Part shown: positions 46,382 to 49,252 of the stretch, piece by piece
How positions within the stretch are numbered: the stretch's first letter is position 1
Layout of the letters: every line of letters starts with the position of its first letter
Source of the DNA: Pelomyxa schiedti
Taxonomy: Eukaryota; Protista; Evosea
Direction: 5' to 3'
NCBI GenBank assembly: GCA_020536535.1
Contig: JAHLWZ010000589.1
Span: 1-49,252 of the forward strand
DNA: 49,252 nucleotides
The notes under the pieces: model-generated
Seen by the model: only the letters and a program-made list of their open reading frames with translations
What the model was told of the DNA's origin: nothing
The model's database searches: none
Position numbers and translations under genes: made by a program

Positions 46382-49252
46382 TTAGTTATTCACACCAAAA
46401 CCGCCGGAATTGTGGCATACACCCAGTAGCAACTGGTGGCATATATCAGGCAAGATTAGGGAGAAACCAGAACACATAGAACAGAAAAAGGCACCATAGT
46501 AGTATTCAATTTGAGGGAACACAGAATACCGTGGTAGAGATGCAGCTGGGAAAGAATGAGTCGAGAAACACCGGCAATGATGCATCCCATGATGAGAGCC
46601 ACCACAAAGACCAATCATCTTGGAAGGTGCCATACAAGCATGTGAATGGGAATGTAAAGTCCAAAGCCGGACAGCAAATCTACCAGGCAAAGGAAATTGC
46701 CCAGAATCCCAGTGATAATAATAGACCTCTGAGACATTTACCATGTGCACAAGCAGAGTGCCCACTCCAGCGGGAAGCTAAAGCAGGTACCCTTGTTTTG
46801 GGCACAAAAGGCTTCAGGGCAGTTGTACTCTGTTGATGACCCGATGTCTAGAGCAGAAACCATAATGAGAACACAAACCAGAGTACGCATGGTGTGGATC
46901 AAAAGTTGCATGGGTGAATTCCAAGGCAGAGTCCCTTGCACGGGTTGCAGTTCCTCTGTGCACCCATGATGCCTGCAGAAAATGGGGAAGTGCAGTTGCC
47001 AAGAGAAAATTCATGTGGTGATGCAAGGCAATTTATCTTAGGAGTGATAAGGTAGTAGCCCTTCTTAGGAAAACGGTTATCAGATATAGGAAGTACCATA
47101 CCTTCAAGGTGGGGGGAGTTTGTTGCTCTTAGTCCTTTTTTGACTTGTGCTAGGTCAATCCGGACTTCTCTATTTGGAGTAAGAATCAACACACCTGAGC
47201 ATGCATCGAGCACTGGTGGAAATGAGGAGCATTTCTCCTGGGGCAAAGGTGCTGCTCAAAGCTCCTGAGCTGCGGGAAACCATGGAGCAGTCTCACAGCT
47301 GAGTGTTTTCACACTCAGGTAACAGGATTTGTTGGTTCAGGTGCAGTAGAAGCCTGTTGGTGATTAAGTGCAAAGATGCATGAACGGCATTCCAACCAAT
47401 TATTTGTTCAATTCACAGGGTAAAAACGAGTGCAAGTTCATTAGTGAACCTCAAGAAGCTCCTCAGAGAAGAAAACAGCACAGCCAAGCTATTTTGCTGT
47501 GGAATTGCGGTGCCAGCTGGCATATTGTCAGTGGATATTCTCAGCAGTGAAGCACACATTTCAGGCACACTGCCACCATAGATCTCGAAATGGGATTAGT
47601 GCAAAAATTGTGAGAGTCCCACATACAACATTGAGTAGGCATTTAGACAAGTCTGAAGTGCTAGATACACATTTGAACCTTTTTGTTTCAAAATGGATTC
47701 CAACAGCGTGACACTTCCATGTTCCTCAGAGCAAATCAGCATATGACCTTTGCGTTTTGGGGTGTAAGAGGAACCTGTCTTCAAGGAGATCATGTGCACT
47801 AACAGTCGAAAAGTATTCAGTCACAGAGGTGACTTACTTTCAGAAGTATATATACACCTGGCAAGCTGTTGGGTATTTTCCTGGCAAAATGAAAGCCAGT
47901 CCAGGCTACTGGCAAGCTATCATGAAAATTCTTCTGGCAGTGTACATCCTGAGGTGTGATTATTGTGGGAATAAAGAGTACAATACTTGGCAAAAATTCA
48001 TACAATGAGTTGCAAGGCTAGAAATCCATAGTTGAGAGCGTGCCCAGTAAGCACCCAAAAGAGATGTATCCATCAAGCAACCAATTTTGCTTTGAGTATT
48101 AGATAGTCATCCTGATTTTCGATTGAGATTAATACAAAGCTTTGGGTCTATACCTGCACCAAGTGAAAGACAGCCTCTGAAACGAACCTGACCACTACAA
48201 GGATGGAGTGCTGACATAGTAGGATTACCATCCATCTGGAGTCAGTCTCATACTCTCATTGGAAAGCGATTGCCTGGGGACAGGCAATACAAAGAGGGGG
48301 AGGTGCCAGCCCATTTTGGAGAGGCTGAATAGCTGCAAGTGAGGTGAGCATGGTGAACAAATCCATTACCATTACAGCTGATGGCGCTGGTGCCCCAGAT
48401 GACAGGGATAGTCTCTGTGGAAGAAAGGTCAAAGTAGGAAGCAAAATGAGTAAAGGAACAAAACCACTTTAGAAACAACTCAAAGCAATACACGGAGATA
48501 CAGAGTGAGAACCAGCAAAGGAAGAATTATTCGCAAGAGCGATGCAAACCAACGTAATGCAAAACAAGGACACAACATACCGATGAATTGGAGCAGAGTG
48601 TGTAACGTGTGGAACTACGAGATGCGACGGCATAACGCCCGCTTCGCATAAGACATCAGAAGCACAGCGGTGATGACGCGCCGACAATACGACGAACCCG
48701 ATCGCCACAAACACGTCGCCACAAAGAGTTACAAGACCAACATGAGTGCGGCAGCGACATCCTGAAGAAATCGCGAACTCGTCCGCCACGAGGGGTAACG
48801 CGTGTGGGGACACACGCTTGTTCGAGGGGGGGATGATGTGAAAGTGATGACTTCCCGAAAAAGGGAATCACAGATTCAGCCCTGGCAGACGCCTTCTGGA
48901 ATTCATGGGAGACAGGGCTTACAAGCGACACCACTTTCACCACAAACTCCACAAGATCAATTAAAATAAATAAAGAGTTTGTTCCCTCCTTATGTCGATA
49001 AACGTGTTCGTCACTCCCCGTCAGGAACACCACCCCTCAATTACTCAGTCAGACCAAGCAATGTTTGGACTAAAGGAGAGAAAAGGATTTGAATGTGAAT
49101 TTCGGTTGTGTTCGACGTGTGCTCCATCAAATAGACTTACCCTAAAAATCATTAATCAGCGTTTTCTCAGCCATCTGGCAGACATCAGCTTTCATCCCCA
49201 GCTTTTGAGAAATCGAAAGCTTGTGAGAAAATGGAAGTGGGTTGTGTTCACA
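46382..49252 (-). pseudogene. Decayed multi-exon coding-like sequence, possibly encoding membrane protein(s)
   Basis: Intron-like gtaagt...ttag boundaries occur on the minus strand. Hydrophobic frames are broken by stops (e.g. MLVWHLPR*LVFVVALIMGCIIAG near 46630). No intact gene could be reconstructed. Confidence 0.3.

Noticed and set aside
45860-49252. Transposase or reverse transcriptase associated with the inverted repeat
   Set aside because: No DDE, RT (YxDD), integrase or tyrosine-recombinase motifs were recognisable in the listed frames.

Overview
Gene-dense eukaryotic genomic DNA with many short (mostly ~40-60 nt) spliceosomal introns, low-complexity protein tracts and two 100-N scaffold gaps. 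The gene content and style suggest an amoebozoan protist, possibly an anaerobic archamoeba; the organism cannot be confirmed from sequence alone. I spliced the exons by hand, so internal boundaries are approximate. Genes in order: (1) a Roco kinase (LRR-Roc-COR-kinase-propeller) with a degenerate Rac/Rho domain fused in frame at its N-terminus; (2) a small single-pass membrane protein; (3) a Kelch protein with a BC-box-like motif; (4) a DUSP+UBL protein with no USP catalytic domain; (5) an Elongin-C/BTB-like + Elongin-A-like + LRR protein; (6) an F-box/LRR protein; (7) a ZnF-UBP + CAP_C-like + class IV sirtuin; (8) Beclin/Atg6; (9) a SHOCT + 2H phosphoesterase; (10) an intronless NapH/MauN-type membrane 4Fe-4S protein; (11) a coiled-coil hypothetical; (12) an R2R3 Myb with two GC-AG introns; (13) a secreted GH63-like glycosidase; (14) a GH13 relic; (15) an intron-containing cobalamin-dependent radical SAM enzyme (PhpK/BchE-like); (16) an M16 metallopeptidase; (17) a partial hypothetical gene. 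The window ends in a gene-poor tail with a degenerate inverted repeat, AT-rich repeats and decayed coding sequence. The most notable items are two prokaryote-type anaerobic Fe-S enzymes resident in a eukaryotic genome, several unusual domain fusions, and a strongly structured intergenic segment at ~9.4-9.5 kb.
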